64,000 nucleotides of DNA from Eledone cirrhosa (Eukaryota). The stretch lies in NCBI GenBank assembly GCA_964016885.1, contig OZ024745.1:33418001-33482000 (forward strand), in the 5' to 3' direction. A program made the translations under genes and the position numbers. Below, piece by piece: positions 52,227 to 64,000 of the stretch (positions are counted from its first letter, which is position 1; each line of letters starts with the position of its first letter). The notes under the pieces were generated by a model, which was not told the DNA's origin, did no database searches, and worked only from the letters and a program-made list of their open reading frames with translations.

Positions 52227-55200
52227 GTGGACTGGACCAAAGTGAGAGTTAACATCTACGTGGACTGGACCAAAGTGAGAGTTAACATCTACGTGGACTG
52301 GACCAAAGTGAGAGTTAACATCTATATGGACTGGACCAAAGTGAGAGTTAACATCTATATGGACTGGACCAAAGTGAGAGTTAACACCTACGTGGACTGG
52401 ACCAAAGTGAGAGTTAACATCTATGTGGACTGGACCAAAGTGAGAGTTAACACCTATGTGGACTGGACCAAAGTGAGAGTTAACATCTATATGGACTGGA
52501 CCAAAGTGAGAGTTAACATCTATATGGACTGGACCAAAGTGAGAGTTAACATCTACGTGGACTGGACCAACGTGAGAGTTAACACCTATGTGGACTGGAC
52601 CAAAGTGAGAGTTAACATCTATGTGGACTGGACCAAAGTGAGAGTTAACACCTACGGGGACTGGACCAAAGTGAGAGTTAACATCTATATGGACTGGACC
52701 AAAGTGAGAGTTAACATCTATATGGACTGGACCAAAGTGAGAGTTAACATCTACGTGGACTGGACCAAAGTGAGAGTTAACACCTATGTGGACTGGACCA
52801 AAGTGAGAGTTAACATCTATGTGGACTGGACCAAAGTGAGAGTTAACACCTACGTGGACTGGACCAAAGTGAGAGTTAACATCTATGTGGACTGGACCAA
52901 AGTGAGAGTTAACATCTATGTGGACTGGACCAAAGTGAGAGATAACATCTACGTGGACTGGACCAAAGTGAGAGTTAACACCTACGTGGACTGGACCAAA
53001 GTGAGAGTTAACATCTACGTGGACTGGACCAAAGTGAGAGTTAACATCTATGTGGACTGGACGAAAGTGAGAGTTAACACCTACGTGGACTGGACCAAAG
53101 TGAGAGTTAACATCTATGTGGACTGGACGAAAGTGAGAGTTAACACCTACGTGGACTGGACCAAAGTGAGAGTTAACATCTATGTGGACTGGACCAAAGT
53201 GAGAGTTAACATCTATGTGGACTGGACCAAAGTGAGAGTTAACATCTATGTGGACTGGACCAAAGTGAGAGTTAACATCTATGTGGACTGGACCAAAGGG
53301 AGAGTTAACATCTACGTGCACTGGACCAAAGTGAGAGTTAACATCTATATGGACTGGACCAAAGTGAGAGTTAACATCTATGTGGACTGGACCAAAGTGA
53401 GAGTTAACATCTATATGGACTGGACCAAAGTGAGAGTTAACATCTATGTGGACTGGACCAAAGGGAGAGTTAACATCTACGTGCACTGGACCAAAGTGAG
53501 AGTTAACATCTATGTGGACTGGACCAAAGTGAGAGTTAACATCTATGTGGACTGGACCAAAGGGAGAGTTAACACCTACGTGGACTGGATCAAAGTGAGA
53601 GTTAACACCTATGTGGACTGGACCAAAGGGAGAGTTAACATCTACGTGGACTGGACCAAAGTGAGAGTTAACATCTATGTGGACTGGACCAAAGTGAGAG
53701 TTAACATCTATGTGGACTGGACCAAAGTGAGAGTTAACATCTACGTGGACTGGACCAAAGTGAGAGTTAACATCTACGTTGACTGGACCAAAGTGAGAGT
53801 TAACATCTACGTGGACTGGACCAAAGTGAGAGTTAACACCTATGTGGACTGGACCAAAGTGAGAGTTAACATCTATGTGGACTGGACCAAAGTGAGAGTT
53901 AACATCTACGTGGACTGGACCAAAGTGAGAGTTAACACCTACGTGGACTGGACCAAAGTGAGAGTTAACACCTACGTGGACTGGACCAAAGTGAGAGTTA
54001 ACATCTACGTGGACTGGACCAAAGTGAGAGTTAACATCTATGTGGACTTGACCAAAGTGAGAGTTAACATCTATGTGGACTGGACCAAAGTGAGAGGTAA
54101 CACCTACGTGGACTGGACCAAAGTGAGAGTTAACACCTATGTGGACTGGACCAAAGTGAGAGTTAACACCTACGTGGACTGGACCAAAGTGAGAGTTAAC
54201 ACCTACGTGGACTGGACCAAAGTGAGAGTTAACATCTACGTGGACTGGACCAAAGTGAGAGTTAACACCTACGTGGACTGGACCAAAGTGAGAGTTAACA
54301 TCTACGTGGACTGGACCAAAGTGAGAGTTAACATCTATGTGGACTGGACCAAAGTGAGAGTTAACATCAACGTGCACTGGACCAAAGTGAGAGTTAACAT
54401 CTATGTGGACTGGACCAAAGTGAGAGTTAACATCTATGTGGACTGGACCAAAGTGAGAGATAACATCTATGTGGACTGGACCAAAGTGAGAGTTAACATC
54501 TATGTGGACTGGACCAAAGTGAGAGTTAACATCAACGTGCACTGGACCAAAGTGAGAGTTAACATCTACGTGCACTGGACCAAAGTGAGAGTTAACATCA
54601 ACGTGCACTGGACCAAAGTGAGAGTTAACATCTACGTGGACTGGACCAAAGTGAGAGTTAACATCTATGTGGACTGGACCAAAGTGAGAGTTAACATCTA
54701 TGTGGACTGGACCAAAGTGAGAGTTAACATCTACGTGGACTGGACCAAAGTGAGAGTTAACATCTATGTGGACTGGACCAAAGTGAGAGATAACATCTAT
54801 GTGGACTGGACCAAAGTGAGAGTTAACATCTATGTGGACTGGACCAAAGTGAGAGTTAACATCTACGTGGACTGGACCAAAGTGAGAGTTAACATCTACC
54901 TGGACTGGACCAAAGTGAGAGTTAACATCTATGTGGACTGGACCAAAGTGAGAGATAACATCTATGTGGACTGGACCAAAGTAAGAGTTAACATCTATGT
55001 GGACTGGACCAAAGGGAGAGTTAACACCTATGTGGACTGGACCAAAGGGAGAGTTAACACCTATATGGACTGGACCAAAGTGAGAGTTAACATCTACGTG
55101 CACTGGACCAAAGTGAGAGTTAACATCTATGTGGACTGGACCAAATTGAGAGTTAACATCTATGTGGACTGGACCAAAGGGAGAGTTAACACCTACGTGG

Positions 55201-58200
55201 ACTGGACCAAAGTGAGAGTTAACACCTATGTGGACTGGACCAAAGTGAGAGTTAACACCTACGTGGACTGGACCAAAGTGAGAGTTAACATCTATGTAGA
55301 CTGGACCAAAGTGAGAGTTAACATCTATGTGGACTGGACCAAAGTGAGAGTTAACATCTACGTGGACTGGACCAAAGTGAGAGTTAACATCTACGTGGAC
55401 TGGACCAAAGTGAGAGTTAACATCTATGTGGACTGGACCAAAGTGAGAGTTAACATCTATGTGGACTGGACCAAAGTTAGAGGTAACACCTACGTGGACT
55501 GGACCAAAGTGAGAATTAACATCTATGTGGACTGGACCAAAGTGAGAGTTAACACCTACGTGGACTGGACCAAAGTGAGAGTTAACATCTACGTGGACTG
55601 GACCAAAGTGAGAGTTAACACCTACGTGGACTGGACCAAAGTGAGAGTTAACATCTACGTGGACTGGACCAAAGTGAGAGTTAACACCTACGTGGACTGG
55701 ACCAAAGTGAGAGTTAACACCTACGTGGACTGGACCAAAGTGAGAGTTAACATCTACGTGGACTGGACCAAAGTGAGAGTTAACATCTACGTGGACTGGA
55801 CCAAAGTGAGAGTTAACACCTATGTGGACTGGACCAAAGTGAGAGTTAACATCTACGTGGACTGGACCAAAGTGAGAGTTAACACCTACGTGGACTGGAC
55901 CAAAGTGAGAGTTAACACCTACGTGGACTGGACCAAAGTGAGAGTTAACATCTACGTGGACTGGACCAAAGTGAGAGTTAACACCTATGTGGACTGGACC
56001 AAAGTGAGAGTTAACATCTATGTGGACTGGACCAAAGTGAGAGTTAACATCTACGTGGACTGGACCAAAGTGAGAGTTAACATCTATGTGGACTGGACCA
56101 AAGTGAGAGTTAACATCTACGTGGACTGGACCAAAGTGAGAGTTAACACCTACGTGGACTGGACCAAAGTGAGAGTTAACATCTATGTGGACTGGACCAA
56201 AGGGAGAGTTAACACCTACGTGGACTGGACCAAAGTGAGAGTTAACATCTATGTGGACTGGACCAAAGTGAGAGTTAACATCTACGTGCACTGGACCAAA
56301 GTGAGAGTTAACATCTATGTGGACTGGACCAAAGTGAGAGTTAACATCTATGTGGACTGGACCAAAGTGAGAGTTAACATCTATGTGGACTGGACCAAAG
56401 TGAGAGTTAAAATCTACGTGCACTGGACCAAAGTGAGAGTTAACATCTATGTGGACTGGACCAAAGGGAGAGTTAACACCTACGTGGACTGGACCAAAGT
56501 GAGAGTTAACATCTATGTGGACTGGACCAAAGTGAGAGTTAACACCTATGTGGACTGGACCAAAGTGAGAGTTAACATCTATGTGGACTGGACCAAAGTG
56601 AGAGTTAACATCTACGTGGACTGGACCAAAGTGAGAGTTAACATCTATGTGGACTGGACCAAAGTGAGAGTTAACATCTACGTGGACTGGACCAAAGTGA
56701 GAGTTAACACCTACGTGGACTGGACCAAAGTGAGAGTTAACATCTATGTGGACTGGACCAAAGGGAGAGTTAACACCTACGTGGACTGGACCAAAGTGAG
56801 AGTTAACATCTATGTGGACTGGACCAAAGTGAGAGTTAACATCTACGTGCACTGGACCAAAGTGAGAGTTAACATCTATGTGGACTGGACCAAAGTGAGA
56901 GTTAACATCTATGTGGACTGGACCAAAGTGAGAGTTAACATCTATGTGGACTGGACCAAAGTGAGAGTTAAAATCTACGTGCACTGGACCAAAGTGAGAG
57001 TTAACATCTATGTGGACTGGACCAAAGGGAGAGTTAACACCTACGTGGACTGGACCAAAGTGAGAGTTAACATCTATGTGGACTGGACCAAAGTGAGAGT
57101 TAACATCTACGTGCACTGGACCAAAGTGAGAGTTAACATCTATGTGGACTGGACCAAAGGGAGAGTTAACACCTACGTGGACTGGACCAAAGTGAGAGTT
57201 AACATCTATGTGGACTGGACCAAAGTGAGAGTTAACATCTACGTGCACTGGACCGAAGTGAGAGTTTACATCTATGTGGACTGGACCAAAGTGAGAGTTA
57301 ACATCTACGTGCACTGGACCAAAGTGAGAGTTAACATCTATGTGGACTGGACCAAAGTGAGAGTTAACATCTATGTGGACTGGACCAAAGGGAGAGTTAA
57401 CACCTACGTGGACTGGACCAAAGTGAGAGTTAACACCTATGTGGACTGGACCAAAGGGAGAGTTAACATCTACGTGGACTGGACCAAAGTGAGAGTTAAC
57501 ATCTATGTGGACTGGACCAAAGTGAGAGTTAACATCTATGTGGACTGGACCAAAGTGAGAGTTAACATCTACGTGGACTGGACCAAAGTGAGAGTTAACA
57601 TCTACGTGGACTGGACCAAAGTGAGAGTTAACATCTACGTGGACTGGACCAAAGTGAGAGTTAACACCTATGTGGACTGGACCAAAGTGAGAGTTAACAC
57701 CTATGTGGACTGGACCAAAGTGAGAGTTAACATCTATGTGGACTGGACCAAAGTGAGAGTTAACACCTACGTGGACTGGACCAAAATGAGAGGTAACACC
57801 TACGTGGACTGGACCAAAGTGAGAGTTAACACCTATGTGGACTGGACCAAAGTGAGAGTTAACACCTACGTGGACTGGACCAAAGTGAGAGTTAACACCT
57901 ACGTGGACTGGACCAAAGTGAGAGTTAACATCTACGTGGACTGGACCAAAGTGAGAGTTAACACCTACGTGGACTGGACCAAAGTGAGAGTTAACACCTA
58001 CGTGGACTGGACCAAAGTGAGAGTTAACATCTACGTGGACTGGACCAAAGTGAGAGTTAACATCTACCTGGACTGGCCAAAAGTGAGAGTTAACATCTAT
58101 GTGGACTGGACCAAAGTGAGAGTTAACATCTACGTGGACTGGACCAAAGTGAGAGTTAACATCTACGTGGACTGGACCAAAGTGAGAGTTAACATCTACG

Positions 58201-61200
58201 TGGACTGGACCAAAGTGAGAGTTAACATCTACCTGGACTGGACAAAAGTGAGAGTTAACATCTACCTGGACTGGACAAAAGTGAGAGTTAACATCTATGT
58301 GGACTGGACCAAAGTGAGAGTTAACACCTACGTGGACTGGACCAAAGTGAGAGTTAACATCTATGTAGACTGGAGCAAAGTGAGAGTTAACACCTATGTG
58401 GACTGGACCAAAGTGAGAGTTAACATCTACGTGGACTGGACCAAAGTGAGAGTTAACATCTATGTGGACTGGACCAAAGTTAGAGTTAACATCTACGTGG
58501 ACTGGACGAAAGTGAGAGTTAACACCTACGTGGACTGGACCAAAGTGAGAGTTAACATCTATGTGGACTGGACCAAAGGGAGAGTTAACACCTACGTGGA
58601 CTGGACCAAAGTGAGAGTTAACATCTATGTGGACTGGACCAAAGTGAGAGTTAACATCTACGTACACTGGACTAAAGTGAGAGTTAACATCTATGTGGAC
58701 TGGACCAAAGTGAGAGTTAACATCTATGTGGACTGGACCAAAGTGAGAGTTAACATCTATGTGGACTGGACCAAAGTGAGAGTTAACATCTATGTGGACT
58801 GGACCAAAGTGAGAGTTAACATCTACGTGCACTGGACCAAAGTGAGAGTTAACATCTATGTGGACTGGACCAAAGGGAGAGTTAAAACCTACGTGGACTG
58901 GACCAAAGTGAGAGTTAACATCTATGTGGACTGGACCAAAGGGAGAGTTAACACCTACGTGGACTGGACCAAAGTGAGAGTTAACATCTACGTGCACTGG
59001 ACCAAAGTGAGAGTTAACATCTATGTGGACTGGACCAAAGGGAGAGTTAACATCTACGTGGACTGGACCGAAGTGAGAGTTAACATCTATGTGGACTGGA
59101 CCAAATTGAGAGTTAACATCTATGTGGACTGGACCAAAGGGAGAGTTAACACCTACGTGGACTGGACCAAAGTGAGAGTTAACACCTATGTGGACTGGAC
59201 CAAAGGGAGAGTTAACATCTACGTGGACTGGACCAAAGTGAGAGTTAACATCTATGTGGACTGGACCAAAATGAGAGTTAACATCTATGTGGACTGGACC
59301 AAAGTGGGAGTTAACATCTACGTGGACTGGACCAAAGTCAGAGTTAACATCTACGTGGACTGGACCAAAGTGAGAGTTAACATCTACGTGGACTGGACCA
59401 AAGTGAGAGTAAACATCTACGTGGACTGGACCAAAGTGAGAGTTAACATCTACGTGGACTTGACCAAAGTGAGAGTTAACACCTATGTGGACTGGACCAA
59501 AGTGAGAGTTAACATCTATGTGGACTGGACCAAAGTGATAGTTAACATCTATGTGGACTGGACCAAAGTGAGAGTTAACACCTACGTGGACTGGACCAAG
59601 GTGAGAGTTAACACCTACGTGGACTGGACCAAAGTGAGAGTTAACATCTATGTGGACTGGACCAAAGTGAGAGTTAACACCTACGTGGACTGGACCAAAG
59701 TGAGAGTTAACATCTACGTGGAATGGACCAAAGTGAGAGTTAACATCTATGTGGACTGGACCAAAGTGAGAGGTAACACCTACGTGGACTGGACCAAAGT
59801 GAGAGTTAACACCTATGTGGACTGGACCAAAGTGAGAGTTAACACCTACGTGGACTGGACCAAAGTGAGAGTTAACACCTACGTGGACTGGACCAAAGTG
59901 AGAGTTAACATCTACGTGGACTGGACCAAAGTGAGAATTAACACCTACGTGGACTGGACCAAAGTGAGAGTTAACACCTACGTGGACTGGACCAAAGTGA
60001 GAGTTAACATCTACGTGGACTGGACCAAAGTGAGAGTTAACATCTATGTGGACTGGACCAAAGTGAGAGTTAACACCTACGTGGACTGGACCAAAGTGAG
60101 AGTTAACATCTATGTGGACTGGACCAAAGTGAGAGTTAACATCTACGTGGACTGGACCAAAGTGAGAGTTAACACCTACGTGGACTGGACCAAAGTGAGA
60201 GTTAACATCTATGTGGACTGGACCAAAGTGAGAGTTAACATCTACGTGGACTGGACCAAAGTGAGAGTTAACACCTACGTGGACTGGACCAAAGTGAGAG
60301 TTAACATCTATGTGGACTGGACCAAAGTGAGAGTTAACACCTACGTGGACTGGACCAAAGTGAGAGTTAACATCTATGTGGACTGGACCAAAGTGAGAGT
60401 TAACACCTACGTGGACTGGACCAAAGTGAGAGTTAACATCTATGTGGACTGGACCAAAGTGAGAGTTAACATCTACGTGGACTGGACCAAAGTGAGAGTT
60501 AACATCTATGTGGACTGGACCAAAGTGAGAGTTAACACCTACGTGGACTGGACCAAAGTGAGAGTTAACATCTATGTGGACTGGACCAAAGTGAGAGTTA
60601 ACACCTATGTGGACTGGACCAAAGTGAGAGTTAACACTTATGTGGACTGGACCAAAGTGAGAATTTAACATCTATGTGGACTGGACCAAAGTGAGAGTTA
60701 ACACCTACGTGGACTGGACCAAAGTGAGAGGTAACACCTACGTGGACTGGACCAAAGTGAGAGTTAACACCTACGTGGACTGGACCAAAGTGAGAGTTAA
60801 CACCTACGTGGACTGGACCAAAGTGAGAGTTAACATCTACGTGGACTGGACCAAAGTGAGAGTTAACACCTACGTGGACTGGACCAAAGTGAGAGTTAAC
60901 ACCTACGTGGACTGGACCAAAGTGAGAGTTAACATCTACGTGGACTGGACCAAAGTGAGAGTTAACATCTACCTGGACTGGACAAAAGTGAGAGTTAACA
61001 TCTATGTGGACTGGACCAAAGTGAGAGTTAACACCTACGTGGACTGGACCAAAGTGAGAGTTAACATCTATGTAGACTGGACCAAAGTGAGAGTTAACAT
61101 CTACGTGGACTGGACCAAAGTGAGAGTTAACATCTACGTGGACTGGACCAAAGTGAGCGTTAACACCTACGTGGACTGGACCAAAGTGAGAGTTAACATC

Positions 61201-64000
61201 TACGTGGACTGGACCAAAGTGAGAGTTAACATCTATGTGGACTGGACCAAAGTGAGAGTTAACATCTACGTGGACTGGACGAAAGTGAGAGTTAACACCT
61301 ATGTGGACTGGACCAAAGTGAGAGTTAACACCTACGTGGACTGGACCAAAGTGAGAGTTAACACCTACGTGGACTGGACCAAAGTGAGAGTTAACATCTA
61401 CGTGGACTGGTCCAAAGTGAGAGTTAACACCTACGTGGACTGGACCAAAGTGAGAGTTAACACCTACGTGGACTGGACCAAAGTGAGAGTTAACATCTAC
61501 GTGGACTGGACCAAAGTGAGAGTTAACATCTATGTGGACTGGACCAAAGTGAGAGTTAACATCTATGTGGACTGGACCAAAGTGAGAGTTAACATCTACG
61601 TGCACTGGACCAAAGTGAGAGTTAACATCTATGTGGACTGGACCAAAGGGAGAGTTAACACCTACGTGGACTGGACCAAAGTGAGAGTTAACATCTATGT
61701 GGACTGGACCAAAGTGAGAGTTAACATCTACGTGCACTGGACCAAAGTGAGAGTTAACATCTATGTGGACTGGACCAAAGGGAGAGTTAACACCTACGTG
61801 GACTGGACCGAAGTGAGAGTTAACATCTATGTGGACTGGACCAAAGGGAGAGTTAACACCTACGTGGACTGGATCAAAGTGAGAGTTAACACCTATGTGG
61901 ACTGGACCAAAGGGAGAGTTAACATCTACGTGGACTGGACCAAAGTGAGAGTTAACATCTATGTGGACTGGACCAAAGTGAGAGTTAACATCTATGTGGA
62001 CTGGACCAAAGTGAGAGTTAACATCTATGTGGACTGGACCAAAGTGAGAGTTAACATCTATGTGGACTGGACCAAAGTGAGTGTTAACATCTACGTGGAC
62101 TGGACCAAAGTGAGAGTTAACATCTACGTGGACTGGACCAAAGTGAGAGTTAACATCTATGTGGACTGGACCAAAGTGAGAGTTAACATCTATGTGGACT
62201 GGACCAAAGGGAGAGTTAACACCTACGTGGACTGGATCAAAGTGAGAGTTAACACCTATGTGGACTGGACCAAAGGGAGAGTTAACATCTACGTGGACTG
62301 GACCAAAGTGAGAGTTAACATCTATGTGGACTGGACCAAAGTGAGAGTTAACATCTATGTGGACTGGACCAAAGTGAGAGTTAACATCTATGTGGACTGG
62401 ACCAAAGTGAGAGTTAACATCTATGTGGACTGGACCAAAGTGAGAGTTAACATCTATGTGGACTGGACCAAAGTGAGTGTTAACATCTACGTGGACTGGA
62501 CCAAAGTGAGAGTTAACATCTACGTGGACTTGACCAAAGTGAGAGTTAACATCTACGTGGACTTGACCAAAGTGAGAGTTAACATCTATGTGGACTGGAC
62601 CAAAGTGAGTGTTAACATCAACGTGGACTGGACCAAAGTGAGAGTTAACATCTACGTGGACTGGACCAAAGTGAGAGTTAACATCTACGTGGACTGGACC
62701 AAAGTGAGAGTTAACACCTATGTGGACTGGACCAAAGTGAGAATTAACATCTATGTGGACTGGACCAAAGTGAGAGTTAACATCTATGTGGACTGGACCA
62801 AAGTGAGAGTTAACACCTACGTGGACTGGACCAAAGTGAGAGTTAACACCTACGTGGACTGGACCAAAGTGAGAGTTAACATCTACGTGGACTGGACCAA
62901 AGTGAGAGTTAACATCTACCTGGACTGGACCAAAGTGAGAGTTAACATCTATGTGGACTGGACCAAAGTGAGAGTTAACATCTATGTAGACTGGACCAAA
63001 GTGAGAGTTAACACCTATGTGGACTGGACCAAAGTGAGAGTTAACATCTACGTGGACTGGACCAAAGTGAGAGTTAACATCTATGTGGACTGGACCAAAG
63101 TGAGAGTTAACATCTACGTGGACTGGACGAAAGTGAGAGTTAACACCTACGTGGACTGGACCAAAGTGAGAGTTAACATCTATGTGGACTGGACCAAAGG
63201 GAGAGTTAACACCTACGTGGACTGGACCAAAGTGAGAGTTAACATCTATGTGGACTGGACCAAAGTGAGAGTTAACATCTACGTACACTGGACCAAAGTG
63301 AGAGTTAACATCTATGTGGACTGGACCAAAGTGAGAGTTAACATCTATGTGGACTGGACCAAAGTGAGAGTTAACATCTATGTGGACTGGACCAAAGTGA
63401 GAGTTAACATCTATGTGGACTGGACCAAAGTGAGAGTTAACATCTACGTGCACTGGACCAAAGTGAGAGTTAACATCTATGTGGACTGGACCAAAGGGAG
63501 AGTTAACACCTACGTGGACTGGACCAAAGTGAGAGTTAACATCTATGTGGACTGGACCAAAGTGAGAGTTAACATCTACGTGGACTGGACCAAAGTGAGA
63601 GTTAACACCTACGTGGACTGGACCAAAGTGAGAGTTAACATCTATGTGGACTGGACCAAAGTGAGAGTTAACATCTACGTGGACTGGACCAAAGTGAGAG
63701 TTAACACCTACGTGGACTGGACCAAAGTGAGAGTTAACATCTATGTGGACTGGACCAAAGTGAGAGTTAACACCTACGTGGACTGGACCAAAGTGAGAGT
63801 TAACATCTATGTGGACTGGACCAAAGTGAGAGTTAACACCTACGTGGACTGGACCAAAGTGAGAGTTAACATCTATGTGGACTGGACCAAAGTGAGAGTT
63901 AACATCTACGTGGACTGGACCAAAGTGAGAGTTAACATCTATGTGGACTGGACCAAAGTGAGAGTTAACACCTACGTGGACTGGACCAAAGTGAGAGTTA
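52227..64000. repeat. 33-bp satellite array, more than 350 monomers, runs off the right edge
   Basis: Monomer GTGGACTGGACCAAAGTGAGAGTTAACAYCTAY; one short deletion at about 60661. Confidence 0.98.

Overview
Repeat-rich, AT-rich animal genomic DNA. The SINE/LINE/MITE repertoire looks cephalopod (octopus-like); this is an inference, not a database result. The only host gene is an MFSD12-like MFS transporter on the minus strand, with three phase-compatible coding exons (45341-45322, 32728-32418, 23558-23351); later exons were not found and probably lie left of the window. Its introns and upstream region hold a >13.6 kb 48-bp satellite, an 81-bp minisatellite, a >11.7 kb 33-bp satellite and smaller arrays. 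They also hold RTE-clade LINEs (one with an intact RT-containing ORF carrying a PHD-like finger), two tRNA-derived SINE families, DD37D (maT) and mariner relics, TTAA (piggyBac-type) MITEs, a Helitron end and Penelope-like relics with minimal hammerhead ribozymes. Nearly all long ORFs in the track are translations of tandem repeats. The main observations are: (i) the two large satellites appear to be amplified pieces of local transposons (a TTAA-MITE terminus and a SINE internal segment); (ii) hammerhead ribozyme motifs at 36.0-36.5 kb; (iii) a cluster of MITF/TFE-type M-boxes in MFSD12 intron 1 that was copied in inverted form inside a SINE insertion.
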